Shown piece by piece: positions 30,195 to 40,158 of a stretch of 48,602 nucleotides of DNA. How positions within the stretch are numbered: position 1 is the stretch's first letter; each line of letters begins with the position of its first letter. The stretch comes from an uncultured Eubacteriales bacterium (GTDB lineage Bacteria; Acidobacteriota; Aminicenantia; Aminicenantales; Saccharicenantaceae). A model generated the notes under the pieces. It saw only the letters and a program-made list of their open reading frames with translations, was not told the origin of the DNA and did no database searches. Location of the stretch: contig CAZJBD010000004.1 of assembly GCA_964544265.1 (NCBI GenBank), positions 1 to 48,602 on the forward strand. The letters are read 5' to 3'. The position numbers were made by a program, and so were the translations under genes.

Positions 30195-31559
30195 ATGCAC
30201 AAGGAATACCAAACCATATCCAACATCGCCGGCCCGCTGGTCATCGTCGAGAAGGTCGCGGACGTCAAATTTGGCGAGCTCGTCGAAATCTCAACCGCCG
30301 GCGGTCGTCTGCGCCGCGGCCAGGTCCTCGACATCTCAACCGAGCAAGCCGTGGTCCAGGTTTTTGAAGGCACCGTGGGACTGGACGTTGAGGGTGCGCG
30401 GGTCCGGTTCCTGGGGCGGTCCCAGCGATTGGGGGTTTCCGAAGATATCGTCGGCCGTGTGTTCGACGGTTCGGGAAGGCCCAGGGACATGGGTCCGGAG
30501 ATCATCGCTCGGAAGACGATGGATATCAACGGAAGCCCGATCAATCCGGACGCCCGGGATTATCCCTCGGAATTCATCGAGACGGGGATCTCGTCTATCG
30601 ACGGGATGAATCCGCTTGTCCGCGGCCAGAAGCTGCCGCTGTTCTCCGGAAGCGGCCTGCCGCATTCGAGGATCGCGGCCCAGATCGCCCGCCAGGCCAA
30701 GGTCTTGGGAAAAGAGGAGAAGTTCGCCGTGGTCTTCGGTGCGATGGGCATAACCTTCGAAGAAGCGGCCTTCTTCATCGAGGACTTTCGGGCGACCGGC
30801 GCTCTGGAGAGGGCGGTTCTCTTTCTGAACCTGGCCAACGAGCCCCCCATCGAGCGACTCGCGACGCCGCGGCTGGCCCTGACTTGCGCCGAATACCTCT
30901 CTTTCGACCTGGATATGCATGTCTTGGTCATCCTCGTCGATATGACGTTCTACGCTGAAGCTTTGCGCGAGATCTCGGCCGCGCGCAAGGAGATTCCCGG
31001 CCGGCGCGGCTATCCCGGATATCTCTACACGGACCTGGCGTCCATGTACGAACGGGCCGGCCGCATCAAGGGGAGGAAGGGTTCCATCACGATGATCCCC
31101 ATCCTAACGATGCCGGAGGACGACAAGACCCATCCCATCGCCGACCTGACCGGCTACATCACGGAAGGGCAGATCATCCTGAGCCGGGAGATCCACAGGA
31201 AGGGGATCTATCCGCCGATCGATGTCCTGCCGAGTTTGTCGCGGCTCAAGGACAAGGGCATCGGCGCCGGCAAAACGAGGAAGGATCACGCCGACGTTCT
31301 CAACCAGCTCTTCGCCTGCTACGCCCGCGGAAAAGAGGCCCGGGAACTGGCCTTGATCCTAGGAGAGGCTGCGCTCACGGACCTCGACAAGCTCTACCTC
31401 AAGTTTGCCGACGAGTTCGAGGATGAATTCGTGCGGCAGGGCGAATTTTCTGCGAGAACGGTCATCGAAACGATCGACCTGGGCTGGAAGCTCCTGCGGG
31501 TTATCCCGAAGGCCGAGCTCAAAAGGGTCCGTCCGGAATATCTGGAACAATATTATTAA
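30195..31559 (+). CDS. atpB: V/A-type ATPase subunit B
   Basis: [23 protein letters not shown] and [11 protein letters not shown] motifs. Confidence 0.96.
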   Translation: MHKEYQTISNIAGPLVIVEKVADVKFGELVEISTAGGRLRRGQVLDISTEQAVVQVFEGTVGLDVEGARVRFLGRSQRLGVSEDIVGRVFDGSGRPRDMGPEIIARKTMDINGSPINPDARDYPSEFIETGISSIDGMNPLVRGQKLPLFSGSGLPHSRIAAQIARQAKVLGKEEKFAVVFGAMGITFEEAAFFIEDFRATGALERAVLFLNLANEPPIERLATPRLALTCAEYLSFDLDMHVLVILVDMTFYAEALREISAARKEIPGRRGYPGYLYTDLASMYERAGRIKGRKGSITMIPILTMPEDDKTHPIADLTGYITEGQIILSREIHRKGIYPPIDVLPSLSRLKDKGIGAGKTRKDHADVLNQLFACYARGKEARELALILGEAALTDLDKLYLKFADEFEDEFVRQGEFSARTVIETIDLGWKLLRVIPKAELKRVRPEYLEQYY

Positions 31560-31560
31560 A

Positions 31561-32172
31561 ATGAAGATTAACGTCAATCCCAACCGGATGGAGCTCGTGA
31601 GACTTCGGCGGCGGCTCGCGCTGGCCGAGAGAGGCCACAAGCTTCTCAAAGACAAGCTCGAGGAGATTATGCGGCGGTTCTTGGAAACGATCCGTCGGCT
31701 CTCGGCCCTCCAAGAAGAAGTCAGCCCGGGGCTCGAAACAATCTCGCTCGCCTTCGCTCTCGCGGGGGGCCGCAGCTCGCGGGACGAGATCGAGAGGCTC
31801 ATGCCGGAGGGCGAGCTTCGGCTGGCCGTCGAAAAAAAGACGGTTGTCAACCTGGCTATCCCGGAATTTCGGATCGCATCCCTTCGCCTTCCGTCTTACG
31901 ACCTCCTGAACACGGAAGCCGAGTTGGATATCGGCTTGAAGAAGGCGGAGAAGCTCCTTCCTGTCCTCCTGGAGACGGCCCGGCTGTGGAAGTCTGTCGA
32001 AATTCTATCCCGCGAAATCGAAGTGACGCGCCGGCGAGTCAACGCGCTGGAGCACATCCTCATTCCCGGCATCCGGGAAGCCATCCGTTCCATCGGATCG
32101 CGGCTGGAGGAAATGGAGCGATCGACCGATGTCCAGCTCATGCGGGTGAAGGAAATCATTCGACACCACTAA
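31561..32172 (+). CDS. atpD: V/A-type ATPase subunit D
   Basis: NPNRMEL, RGHKLLKDK and TRRRVNALE motifs; ATG at 31561. Confidence 0.93.
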   Translation: MKINVNPNRMELVRLRRRLALAERGHKLLKDKLEEIMRRFLETIRRLSALQEEVSPGLETISLAFALAGGRSSRDEIERLMPEGELRLAVEKKTVVNLAIPEFRIASLRLPSYDLLNTEAELDIGLKKAEKLLPVLLETARLWKSVEILSREIEVTRRRVNALEHILIPGIREAIRSIGSRLEEMERSTDVQLMRVKEIIRHH

Positions 32173-32227
32173 TGGTGGGTTCTATACGGTCTTCTACAAA
32201 AAAAAGTGGTCATCATGAAAAAAAATA

Positions 32228-32255
32228 TTGACATTTGAAAAAAACCATATATATT
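32228..32255 (+). promoter_or_regulatory. Sigma70-type promoter for the ATP-grasp operon
   Basis: TTGACA, 16-bp spacer, TATATT, with A-rich upstream sequence. Confidence 0.65.
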
Positions 32256-32310
32256 TTTAATTGAATGAAAGGTTATTAGTGAAATTGAAAACAAGGAAAG
32301 AGGAATAAAG

Positions 32311-32361
32311 ATGATCACACTCATGGGCACTTTCGTGAACCTCAGTCGTCTGGAAGAGTAA
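32311..32361 (+). CDS. Candidate 16-aa peptide MITLMGTFVNLSRLEE
   Basis: Purine-rich RBS (AAGGAAAGAGGA) before ATG; stop 5 nt before the next start. Confidence 0.45.
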   Translation: MITLMGTFVNLSRLEE

Positions 32362-32366
32362 CGGCG

Positions 32367-33473
32367 ATGAAAATAGCGTTGCTCTACAGCTCAAAAGCCG
32401 GAATGGAAGCTTCGCTTGGCCGCGGACACAGCAACGATAAGAAAGAAGAGGAGGACGAACCTCCACTCGATCTGCTCGCTGAATGTGATTCCGACGAGAC
32501 GATCGCCGCCATTCAGCACAGCCTTCAGGAAAGACATCAAGTCTTCCTGATCGAATCCGACGAAAAAGCCTATGCTCGTCTCAAACGCCTGCGGCCGCAC
32601 CTCGTCTTCAACGTCGCTGAAAGGGTCGTCGGGCCAAACCGGGAGTCTCACATCCCCACGATCTGCGAGATCCTGGGCATCCCCTATACGGGCTCCGATC
32701 CGATGACCCTGGGGATCTGCCTCGACAAGTCGCGGGCCAAGGAGGTCCTTTCCTACTACAGGATTCCCAACCCTCCCTTCTGGATCGTCGAACCGGATGC
32801 GGAGATTCCCGGCACGATCAAGCTTCCGGCCATCATCAAGCCGCTCTACGAAGGATCGAGCAAGGGGATCAAGGATAACTCGGTCGTCCGGACGCCGCGC
32901 GAGCTCTGCCAACGCGTCCATGAAGTGACCTCTCTTTATCGGGAGCCGGTCATCGTGGAGCGTTTCATCGGCGGCCGCGAGTTTACCGTGGGTGTGCTTG
33001 GCGCCGCCCCCGACATCGAGATCCTGCCGATCGTCGAGATCGACCACTCTCAGCTCCCCAAAGGGGCGACACCGATCTATTCTTACGAAGCCAAGTGGAT
33101 TTGGGACAGGCCGGAGAATCCTCTCAAGATCTTCCACTGCCCCGCAGACCTCCCTATCGAGCTCAAGCTGCGCATCGAGCACGTGATCGCGCGGACGTGT
33201 TCCGTGCTGCGCGTCAAGGACTGGTGCCGCATCGATGTCCGCCTCGACGACGCGGGCACGCCCAACATCCTGGAGGTCAATCCCTTGCCGGGCGTCCTGC
33301 CGAATCCCGAGGACAATTCCTGTATGCCCAAGGCGGCCCGCACCGCCGGGTATACGTATTCCGGTCTTATCCATCGCGTCGTGGACGAAGCCTGCAAGCG
33401 CTATGGCTTGAAGCGGGCGCCCGTCCGACCGGCCGTCGGTGAGGCCTATCATCAGGTCGAATTGAAGCAATGA
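32367..33473 (+). CDS. D-Ala-D-Ala ligase-like ATP-grasp protein 1
   Basis: GIPYTGS, IIKPLYEGSSKGI, GREFTV, RIDVR and LEVNPLPG motifs; lacks the Ddl GGxSxEH motif. Confidence 0.88.
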   Translation: MKIALLYSSKAGMEASLGRGHSNDKKEEEDEPPLDLLAECDSDETIAAIQHSLQERHQVFLIESDEKAYARLKRLRPHLVFNVAERVVGPNRESHIPTICEILGIPYTGSDPMTLGICLDKSRAKEVLSYYRIPNPPFWIVEPDAEIPGTIKLPAIIKPLYEGSSKGIKDNSVVRTPRELCQRVHEVTSLYREPVIVERFIGGREFTVGVLGAAPDIEILPIVEIDHSQLPKGATPIYSYEAKWIWDRPENPLKIFHCPADLPIELKLRIEHVIARTCSVLRVKDWCRIDVRLDDAGTPNILEVNPLPGVLPNPEDNSCMPKAARTAGYTYSGLIHRVVDEACKRYGLKRAPVRPAVGEAYHQVELKQ

Positions 33474-34507
33474 CGGATCCCCTGCCTAACGTCGGCATCG
33501 CCTACAACGACTACGAGCCGGTCACCGGGCGTTCTGAAGAAAAGATCTCGGAGGATTCTCTCGCCGAGGTCGCCAGAGACGTCGCCGAAGCCGTCAAGAA
33601 GCTCGGCTACCCGGTGACCATCATCACCCTGCAGAAGAGCTTTTTCTATTTCCTCCGCCGGGTTAAGGATCTGAACATCGAGGTCCTGGTCAACCTGTGC
33701 GAGGGATTCTACGGCCGGCCGCAGTGGGAGTCGAACGTGGCGGCCACCCTTGAGCTGACTCACCTGTTCTTCACCGGGAACAAGTCCCGGACGCTGGCCG
33801 TCTGCCAGGACAAGTACATGGCCAAGGCCATCCTTGGCTCCTTCAACTTGCCGACCGCGCCGAGCCAGCTGCTGTCCTCGAAGGATCAGGCCCTCGAGGT
33901 CCGCTTCCCCGTCATCATCAAGCCCAATGCCGAAGACGCGAGCCTGGGGATCGGGCCCAATTCGGTCGTCTCAGACTCGGAGCACTTGGTGGCCCAGGTC
34001 AAGCGGATCCTGGACCTTTACAAGCAGCCGGCTTTGGTCGAGGAATACATCGAGGGGCGGGAGTTCAACGTCGCCGTCCTGGAGAACAGGACAATCCAAG
34101 CTCTGCCCGTGTCCGAGATCGATTTTTCGACGGTACCGGAGTCCATGCCCCATATTTGCAGCTACGAGGCCAAGTGGCTGAAGGACCACATCATGTATAA
34201 GACGACGGTGCCGATCTGCCCGGCTCCGATCGACGATGCGTTGAAAGAAAAGCTCCAACAGATGGCGGTGGACGCGTTCCGGGCCATGGGCTGCCGGGAT
34301 TATGCCCGGGTCGATTTCCGCATGGACAAGGCGGGGAACATCTTTATCCTGGAGGTCAATCCCAACCCCGACATCAGTCTAGACGCCGGATACGTCCGGG
34401 CCTTAAAAGCCGCCGGCATCGAATACCCGCGATTCTGGAAATACATGCTCGACAACGCCCTGCGCAGGAAAAAGTCTTATGGTTCGCCCGATGGCGCCGG
34501 CCGATAA
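33470..34507 (+). CDS. D-Ala-D-Ala ligase-like ATP-grasp protein 2
   Basis: IIKPNAEDASLGI, GREFNV, YARVDFR and LEVNPNPD motifs. Confidence 0.88.
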   Translation: MTDPLPNVGIAYNDYEPVTGRSEEKISEDSLAEVARDVAEAVKKLGYPVTIITLQKSFFYFLRRVKDLNIEVLVNLCEGFYGRPQWESNVAATLELTHLFFTGNKSRTLAVCQDKYMAKAILGSFNLPTAPSQLLSSKDQALEVRFPVIIKPNAEDASLGIGPNSVVSDSEHLVAQVKRILDLYKQPALVEEYIEGREFNVAVLENRTIQALPVSEIDFSTVPESMPHICSYEAKWLKDHIMYKTTVPICPAPIDDALKEKLQQMAVDAFRAMGCRDYARVDFRMDKAGNIFILEVNPNPDISLDAGYVRALKAAGIEYPRFWKYMLDNALRRKKSYGSPDGAGR

Positions 34508-34952
34508 GCCGGCCGTCATGGACCTCATCAAGGCTACGGGAATGTTCACTCCCGGCGAGATCGAGGTGGCGGAGGAACTCATCGACGCCTACCTCCTGAA
34601 GCCCGGCCAAAAGGACTACCACGTCGTCATCGTGGAAGCCAAGGACGGGGGAGTAGGGGGGTACATGACTTGGGGGCCGACGCCGCTCACCGAGGGCGCC
34701 TATGATCTCTACTGGATGGCCGTTTCGCCGAAGGAGCAGGGAAGGGGCCTGGGCAAAGAGCTCGTCCGCTGGCTTGAACAGACCGTGGCTCGTCTCAAGG
34801 GACGGCTCATTCTCATCGAAACGGCCGGCCAGCCCAAGTATCACCGCACCAGGGAATTTTATTTGGGGCTGGATTACAAAGAGGTCGCGCGGGTTCCCGA
34901 TTTCTACAGGCCCGGGGACGACCGCATTATCTACACGAAAAAAATAAAGTAG
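34479..34952 (+). CDS. GNAT family N-acetyltransferase
   Basis: LYWMAVSPKEQGRGLGKEL motif A; FY..LDY. Confidence 0.9.
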   Translation: MVRPMAPADKPAVMDLIKATGMFTPGEIEVAEELIDAYLLKPGQKDYHVVIVEAKDGGVGGYMTWGPTPLTEGAYDLYWMAVSPKEQGRGLGKELVRWLEQTVARLKGRLILIETAGQPKYHRTREFYLGLDYKEVARVPDFYRPGDDRIIYTKKIK

Positions 34953-35034
34953 GGGTCAAACCTACTCTTTTGACAAAAACCCCTGAAATAAACATTAACT
35001 TTTGTCATTCTGTCAAAAGAGTAGGTTTGACCCC
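34948..35034. repeat. REP family A doublet downstream of RAYT
   Basis: Perfect 24-bp IR, 34952-34975 and 35011-35034. Confidence 0.92.
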
Positions 35035-35044
35035 AATCTTCAAT

Positions 35045-35986
35045 CTAAAACAGATTTCTTTTCACACCTTCGATTGTCTGGCTAAGATCCCCATCCAATA
35101 AAAGCTTTTTTTCCATCCGATGACAGATCTTAGCGATTCCTGATTGGCTAAAGCCAAAAAAAGATCCGATTTCACTCAACTTATAATCTGTTTTCATATG
35201 GGCAATATAAATAGCTGCGTTTCTCGATAATTTGTCTGCAGTTCCGAGGGCTTCCACAACTTCAGATTGGATTCTTTCCAGGGGCGGCTTCTTTCTATAT
35301 TGCCTAAGCAACGGGAACTCTCGGTTGGGAGCTTTCCCCTGGAGATATTTCTCCTTGATGCGCTCGAGGAATCCCTTGCTTCCCAAGATGGCCGGAGTTC
35401 CTCCATTTTCATTCTTGAACGGGCTGGCAATATTTGAAATGAGAGCGGAAGAGATGAATCCAGCGTATCGGAGGCGCGCATCATCAGTATCATCTCCGAA
35501 TAAGCCCAGGACAAAGCTTGTATCAAGCCAACGAGGAGGCTCCCTTTGGCCGAGATACTCGCGAAGGCTCGACCAAGGATAGTCCTCTAGACGCTTAACA
35601 ATGCCGGCACGTAAAGGGTTTAAGTGGATATAACGGGAGAGTTCCTGGGCGTAAATTTCCGCTTCGATTAGGGCTGCCCTAAAGCGGCCTTGGAAGAGGT
35701 GTCCAACCCTTTTGTACCGTTTGTTGATATAGATCGTGAAAGATGTATTTATGAAATGCATAATCTTCGAGAGGTTTGCTTGACGGGTTTCGAGCATGAG
35801 GTGGTAATGGTTCTGCATCAGGCAGTACGAGTGCACAAGGGCATCAAATTTTTCGTGAGCCTCATTAAGGCAGTCTAGGAATCTAGCCCTGTCCCATGGC
35901 GAAAAGAACACTGGCTGTTTCTGATTCCCCCTGGAAGTGATATGATAGAATGCGTTCGAATATTGGATTCTTAGCTGCCTGGCCAT
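35045..35986 (-). mobile_element. REP-associated Y1 HUH tyrosine transposase (RAYT/TnpA-REP-like) with C-terminal HTH
   Basis: MARQLR..YHITSRGN, YCLMQNHYHL (HUH), GHLFQGRF, RYIHLNP, YPWSS; C-terminal LSEIGSFFGFSQSGI helix-turn-helix; visibly AT-richer than its neighbours. Confidence 0.9.
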
Positions 35987-36043
35987 AATTGTTCTTGATG
36001 GATAGTTCATGAACATAGACGAAGTGAAGGGTACGGGATTCTC

Positions 36044-36140
36044 AAGTAGGGGTCAAACCTACTCTTTTGACAATATGATAAACGCAAATGTTTATTTTGT
36101 GATCCGGCGTTTGTCAAAAGAGTAGGTTTGACCCCTACTT
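36044..36140. repeat. REP family A doublet upstream of RAYT
   Basis: Perfect 30-bp IR, 36044-36073 and 36111-36140. Confidence 0.93.
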
Positions 36141-38318
36141 TTTTTCGGACAGGTAAGCGCTGAGGCCTGTTTTCCCCAGGACCCTCAGGGCCTCGTCCGA
36201 GGTCAACCCGCGTTTTTGTTTCAGGGATTCCAGGATCCTGATGATCGACAAGCCGACCTCCGCTGTCTGGCCGGCCATTTCCCGCTTGCCCCTGAGATAG
36301 GCGATGGAGTCGAATAGAACGGCGTTGGCCTCGCCGTAGGAAATGGGCTTGCGGCGGCCCAGAGTGCGAACCCATTGCGGCCTGTTCAATGCGTCGTTGA
36401 CATGGGACTGGATGAGGAAAGTGGCCCGGCCGATGAGCTTGAGATTGCTCGGGCTGACATTGGTCATCGTATTGCCGATGACCTTGCCCAGCTTGGTCAT
36501 GGTCGCGGTTGAGTGGGCGTTGAGGAGCATTTTGGCCGCGATCTGAAGCTTCACGCCGAAGGGATCGTTTGAGGCGTCGATTCCGACGGGAACGACGAGA
36601 AGTCCGCCGGCGTTATCGGCCATGTTCTCCCGCAGGCCCTTCTCGATCCTCGCCGTATCCCTGTCCGGGAGGTTCGTGATCATGACCAGAACGACCCGCG
36701 CCCCGCTTTTCGCGGAGAGGTCGACAAACCTCCGGATAGGGGAATCGCCGCGCTCGAGATCCCTTTCCTCGGGGCTGAGACAGACGGCGACGCCGAGATC
36801 GCCCCCCCGGGGGCTCCGGTTTTTTAGGTTGAAACTCGAAAAGGAGAAATCATAGAGGCCTGTTTGGTCGTTCCCGGCCCGCTTTAAACTCTCCAGGGCA
36901 ACCGTCCTGAGATAAGGGTCCTCGATCTCCTCCTCGAAAGGCTTTCTGTAAAACTCCGGGTCGAGGCCGCGGAACGGGCGGCCCAGTAAGGCCAGCCAGG
37001 CGTCGTTAATGGTCAGCGCCCCCGTCCAAACCTGGATCCAGCAACGTCTCTTCGGTTCCCTGATCGTATCTAGGGGAAAGAGACGGAACGTCGGGCTCCG
37101 TTCGGTGCTGTCGATAAAAACCGTCATGAGGCCGCTCGTCCCGAAATAGGTTGAGAACCCTCCGGCTTCATAGACCTTAGTCTCGACATCCGTGAATGGG
37201 ACGATGGCCGGGATGGCGGCTTTCACCGATTCGGCGATCCGGGCGAAATCACGAAAGCTTCTGCCAAGGCTTGCTTCACCGTCGAATCCGATCTTGGCCA
37301 TCTCCTTGGACGAAAGCGCCTTGGTCAGCATCCTCCGCACGGCGGCCTGGAGGATGTTCCCCACGACGTAGGTTTCGATCGTCGTCGCTTGCATCCGGGT
37401 CGAGCCGGTGATCGCTTGGGGCCCCGTCGTCAGGTTGATTTTAGTGATCCCGGGCTCCTCGATCACCTTGCGGCTGCGGAGAAAAGGAAGGAGTTTGTCG
37501 TCGGGATTGTTGTAGACGAAATAAAGGTTCTTTCTGCTTACGGCGGGGTCATACCCAGGTTCGGCCTTCCATTGGTCAAGGGCGCCCAGAATGGTTCCGA
37601 TGACCGACGAGGTCTCGCCGCCCTCCGTAACGCAGATGATGACGTCGCCCTTCCGGACGCCCCTGTCCCGGAGTTGGAGACGGCCGATGAGCTGAAGGTC
37701 CTCGAAGCCCTCGAGCGACGAAATCAGGGCCCGGTCGGCCCCTGTCATCTCGCCGATGAGGCGTTCCTCGATATCTTCGGGAACGGCCCCTCCCAGTTTG
37801 ATCCGGATTTTGTCCTGGCCTCTGACTTTTTTCCAAAAGGGCCTCCAGAACGAACTCTCCATCTGCTTGGCCAGTCGGCCCGTCGCGCCGCAGCCATAAA
37901 TATAGATTTTATTTCCGGACCGGATGGCTTCTTCAATCGCTCCGACGGCTTCGTCGATCTCTTTTGTTTCGGAGGCCAGGGCATCGAGGCGCGCCGTGAT
38001 GTCCTCGTCAACGGAGAAAAGCATCCTCAGGCCGGCGGCCGTGTCCTTGGAGATCTGTTCGCTCAAGTTCCAGGTCTTAGGGTGGCGTTGTTCGGTGAGG
38101 AGGCTGTGAAGCTGGAACTGCGTCTTGTTCTGGACGTAGTCGATGGACTCGGGAGAAGCCTCTAGGCCGAGGAGCTTGAGGAGCCCGACTTCGCCCTCTT
38201 TGGGCCGGGGTCCGACGTCTTGGATAGCGGTGGGCGTCGATCGGCTCGCGGCGCCCGCTAGGGACAAGGCCAGGAGCGCGGCCAGAAAAACCCGAAAGGA
38301 GTTTTTGCCGCGATTCAT
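36135..38318 (-). CDS. SIS-domain protein, MurQ/glucokinase-regulator-like, with signal peptide
   Basis: TEQRH, GCGATGRL, EGFED, GPQAITGSTRMQA and KMLLNAHST...GKVIGNTM...SNLKLIGRA motifs. Confidence 0.75.
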   Translation of the reverse strand: MNRGKNSFRVFLAALLALSLAGAASRSTPTAIQDVGPRPKEGEVGLLKLLGLEASPESIDYVQNKTQFQLHSLLTEQRHPKTWNLSEQISKDTAAGLRMLFSVDEDITARLDALASETKEIDEAVGAIEEAIRSGNKIYIYGCGATGRLAKQMESSFWRPFWKKVRGQDKIRIKLGGAVPEDIEERLIGEMTGADRALISSLEGFEDLQLIGRLQLRDRGVRKGDVIICVTEGGETSSVIGTILGALDQWKAEPGYDPAVSRKNLYFVYNNPDDKLLPFLRSRKVIEEPGITKINLTTGPQAITGSTRMQATTIETYVVGNILQAAVRRMLTKALSSKEMAKIGFDGEASLGRSFRDFARIAESVKAAIPAIVPFTDVETKVYEAGGFSTYFGTSGLMTVFIDSTERSPTFRLFPLDTIREPKRRCWIQVWTGALTINDAWLALLGRPFRGLDPEFYRKPFEEEIEDPYLRTVALESLKRAGNDQTGLYDFSFSSFNLKNRSPRGGDLGVAVCLSPEERDLERGDSPIRRFVDLSAKSGARVVLVMITNLPDRDTARIEKGLRENMADNAGGLLVVPVGIDASNDPFGVKLQIAAKMLLNAHSTATMTKLGKVIGNTMTNVSPSNLKLIGRATFLIQSHVNDALNRPQWVRTLGRRKPISYGEANAVLFDSIAYLRGKREMAGQTAEVGLSIIRILESLKQKRGLTSDEALRVLGKTGLSAYLSEKK

Positions 38319-38319
38319 G

Positions 38320-38832
38320 TCATTTCCCGTATTGGTGCATGTCGTCGATGATATCCGACTCCTGCCAGTCTCTAGTCCAGCCCTCCACCGTGAAGATTTT
38401 CATCGTGCCGTCCTTTGCGGAACAGATGATGCGGTCCAAGCCGGCATTGATGATCATCTTCTTGCAGATGAAGCAGGGGAAGGCGTCGACGACGTTTCCC
38501 TGGCCCGGATTGCTGCCGAAGATGTACATGTCCCCCCCGAGGAGACTGACGCCGGCCCGGGCCGCGTTGATGATGGCGTTCTGCTCGGCATGGACGCTCC
38601 GGCAGAGTTCGTAGCGTTGGCCGTGCGGGATGCCGAGCTTGTCCCTGAGGCAGAATCCGTGGGTGAGACTGTCCCGGGTCTTGCGCGGAGCTCCGGCATA
38701 TCCCGTCGATATGATCTGTTCGTCGCGGACGATGATAGCCCCTATAGACCGCCGGAAGCAAGTGCTTCTACGGGCGACCTCGCGGGCAATCCCGAGATAG
38801 TAGGCGTCTTTGGATATGCGGGGGTTCGTCAT
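38320..38832 (-). CDS. dCMP deaminase family protein
   Basis: RSTC, HAEQNAI and PCFICKK zinc motifs. Confidence 0.9.
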   Translation of the reverse strand: MTNPRISKDAYYLGIAREVARRSTCFRRSIGAIIVRDEQIISTGYAGAPRKTRDSLTHGFCLRDKLGIPHGQRYELCRSVHAEQNAIINAARAGVSLLGGDMYIFGSNPGQGNVVDAFPCFICKKMIINAGLDRIICSAKDGTMKIFTVEGWTRDWQESDIIDDMHQYGK

Positions 38833-39377
38833 AGGAGTTCCTCCACTTTCCGGTGCAGTTCCTCGATCGTCCCGTCGTTGAAGATGGTCCGGTCGGCCAT
38901 GGCCATGCACAGGGCGATCTGCTGGCCCGTCTCGTTTCCGTTCATTTCCAGCTCTTCCTTCCTTTTGAACTCGTCGAAGGTTGCGGCCGACTCGTCACGG
39001 CCCCTGGCCCGGGTCCGTGCATAGCGGACTTCGATCGGGGCATCGATGGCCACAAGCACGAACCCTTTCTGTTTCCTAAAGAATTTGACCTCCCGCGGGT
39101 TGCGAATGCTGTCTATCGTCGACGGCCCCCGAACCTTCTCCATCGTCCGGCGGGCGAGGACATCGGGTCCGTGCGCCGCGCGCAACTCATTCCCGGTCCG
39201 GATGAGGTTGTCCCGGCTGGCTTCCAGCCCCCTGGCGGCCAATTCTTCCCGGAGGATGTCGGATAACGAGAGATAGGCATATCCGAATCCCTTGAGATAG
39301 GCGGCAACCTCTCCTTTGCCGGCGCCGTTTGTTCCGGTTAGCCCGATGAGGACGGGCCTTCGCGCGTTTGTCTTCAT
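38829..39377 (-). CDS. P-loop nucleotide kinase (dephospho-CoA kinase-like)
   Basis: IGLTGTNGAGKG, DSIRNPRE and RGR motifs. Confidence 0.8.
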   Translation of the reverse strand: MKTNARRPVLIGLTGTNGAGKGEVAAYLKGFGYAYLSLSDILREELAARGLEASRDNLIRTGNELRAAHGPDVLARRTMEKVRGPSTIDSIRNPREVKFFRKQKGFVLVAIDAPIEVRYARTRARGRDESAATFDEFKRKEELEMNGNETGQQIALCMAMADRTIFNDGTIEELHRKVEELL

Positions 39378-39378
39378 G

Positions 39379-40158
39379 TTAGCCCGCAGGGTTTGTGCCT
39401 GCCGTCCGTTTCCGCTTTTCCTTGTTTTTTCCGACGACGAGGGCAATCAAAATGCTGAGGCCGTAGAGGCCCATCATCGGGACGGCCACGATGCTCTGGG
39501 TGATCATGTCCGGAGTGGGCGTGATGACCGCGGCGATGATGAAAATAACGAGCACGGCGTACTTGAAGTTCTTGATCATCCAGCGGGCGGTGACCACGCC
39601 GATCTTGGCCAGGAAGTAAATGAGGGTCGGAAGCTCGAAGACGAGGCCGATCCCCAGCAAGACGCGCAGGGCAAAGGTGAAATACTGGTCCACCGCGATG
39701 ACGGGCTGGAAGTCCGAACCCAGCTGGAGGAAAAACCGGCAAGCCCAGGGGAAGACGATGAGGTATCCGAAGAGGATGCCCAAGAGAAAGAAGATCGTCG
39801 TAAAGAAAACGAAGGGAAAGACATACTTCTTTTCCTTTTGGTACAGGCCCGGGGCGACGAAATACCAGAGCTGAAGCAAAACGTAGGGCGAGGTGAAGAC
39901 GAGGGCCGATACGAAAGCGATCTTCATGTAGAGCATGAAGGGGGCGGTCAGATGGGTGAAGGCGAGCTTTGTGCCGGCGGGCAAATACTGAGTGACGGGT
40001 CTGGCGATGATCCGATAGATGGGCTTGGCGATGATCCAGCAGGGGATAACCGCGACGAAGACGGCGATGAAGGCGTTGAACAGCCTTTTTCTCAAGTCCT
40101 CGAGATGCTCAAGGAAGGTCATCTCGTCAGGAGACTTTTTTCCCTTCCTCAGCGTCAT
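39379..40158 (-). CDS. tatC: Twin-arginine translocase TatC
   Basis: EHLEDLRKRL, FVAPGLY, FELP and AAVITPTPD motifs. Confidence 0.95.
   Translation of the reverse strand: MTLRKGKKSPDEMTFLEHLEDLRKRLFNAFIAVFVAVIPCWIIAKPIYRIIARPVTQYLPAGTKLAFTHLTAPFMLYMKIAFVSALVFTSPYVLLQLWYFVAPGLYQKEKKYVFPFVFFTTIFFLLGILFGYLIVFPWACRFFLQLGSDFQPVIAVDQYFTFALRVLLGIGLVFELPTLIYFLAKIGVVTARWMIKNFKYAVLVIFIIAAVITPTPDMITQSIVAVPMMGLYGLSILIALVVGKNKEKRKRTAGTNPAG

Noticed and set aside
32367-34507. Housekeeping ddl or van resistance ligases
   Set aside because: They lack the N-terminal GGxSxEH and HGxxGEDG motifs and have no mur or van context.
35045-35986. IS200/IS605 insertion sequence
   Set aside because: The protein is about twice IS200 TnpA length, has RAYT-type motifs, has no tnpB neighbour and is flanked by REP doublets.
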